Source: the human T2T-CHM13v2.0 reference genome, Homo sapiens
Length of the DNA stretch: 64,000 bases
Strand: one strand, 5' to 3'
NCBI RefSeq assembly: GCF_009914755.1
Contig: NC_060934.1
Of the stretch, positions 63,035 to 64,000 are shown piece after piece (position 1 is the stretch's first letter; every line of letters begins with the position of its first letter). The translations under genes and the position numbers were made by a program. The notes beneath the pieces were generated by a model. It had not been told where the DNA came from, searched no databases, and saw only the letters and a list, made by a program, of their open reading frames with translations.

Positions 63035-63576
63035 ATCACTCCTTAAATGTGCAAGACCGGGACTTGACTTTGAGAAATTTCAATTCAGGAAGGAAAATTC
63101 AATGGGAGGTATTATTATAGATTTAATTTGATGGGAAACGAGGCAGAAAATTTCAAGGACATTATCCCCTTTATATTCTCTTCATCCTTTGCTGATTCTG
63201 GCTTTAAAAGACTTCAGAAGTCTTCCAGAGACATTTATGCATTTTCTGAAGGAATGGTAAAAATCCTAATTCTGGGTAACTTTGTTTTACTCCAAACTCT
63301 TGGTGCTAAGATTCTGTTCCGTAGTTTCTCACCAAAGCATTCTGTCCCCTTCAGATAGTCAAACATATGACAAACAAAAATACCCACACCCTCTTTCCTT
63401 TCCTACCTGGTGCTAATTGGAAAGGGTACCTGGTCAGCGCATTTATTTCACTTTCAGTCATGGGGGAGTCTAATTATGTTTGATTTAACCAAATAATACA
63501 AAATTCCTCAGTTCTTGCTTATGGATTTGGACTTCAAAGCATCTTGCCTTTACCTCTCAGAAGCTGTTCTCACTTG

Positions 63577-63899
<323 letters not shown>

Positions 63900-64000
63900 T
63901 GAATCAGGATGCCTAGGTCAGTGAGAGCCTGTGTGAGCCAAAAACAGCCACGTTCATCTTTGAAAAAACTTAGGCCGACAAATCAAGTTTTTAATTACAG

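Overview
Primate genomic DNA, most likely human or great ape (AluY, an L1PA2-like insertion and an LTR12/ERV9 solo LTR are present). It is non-coding, intronic or intergenic, and very repeat-rich. It holds roughly 55 Alu elements or monomers (about a quarter of the window), L1 fragments of several ages, MIR/L2 relics, MaLR/ERVL/ERV9 solo LTRs (MLT1, MST, MLT2, THE1, LTR12), DNA-transposon MITEs (two MADE1, two Tigger4a, one Tigger-type) and microsatellites. No confident protein-coding exon was found: the listed ORFs are Alu/L1-derived or chance. I could not identify a host gene. The best unique-sequence signal is a promoter/first-exon-like element at about 15.3-16.3 kb: a minus-strand Inr, two splice donors, a SOX/POU/p53-family motif cluster and a plus-strand TATA box. 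Other items of note are an NF-Y-rich LTR12 solo LTR, candidate small exons, and several apparent DNA-repair or template-switch scars. I do not see a convincing new biological system. Repeat subfamily calls and boundaries are by eye and approximate.
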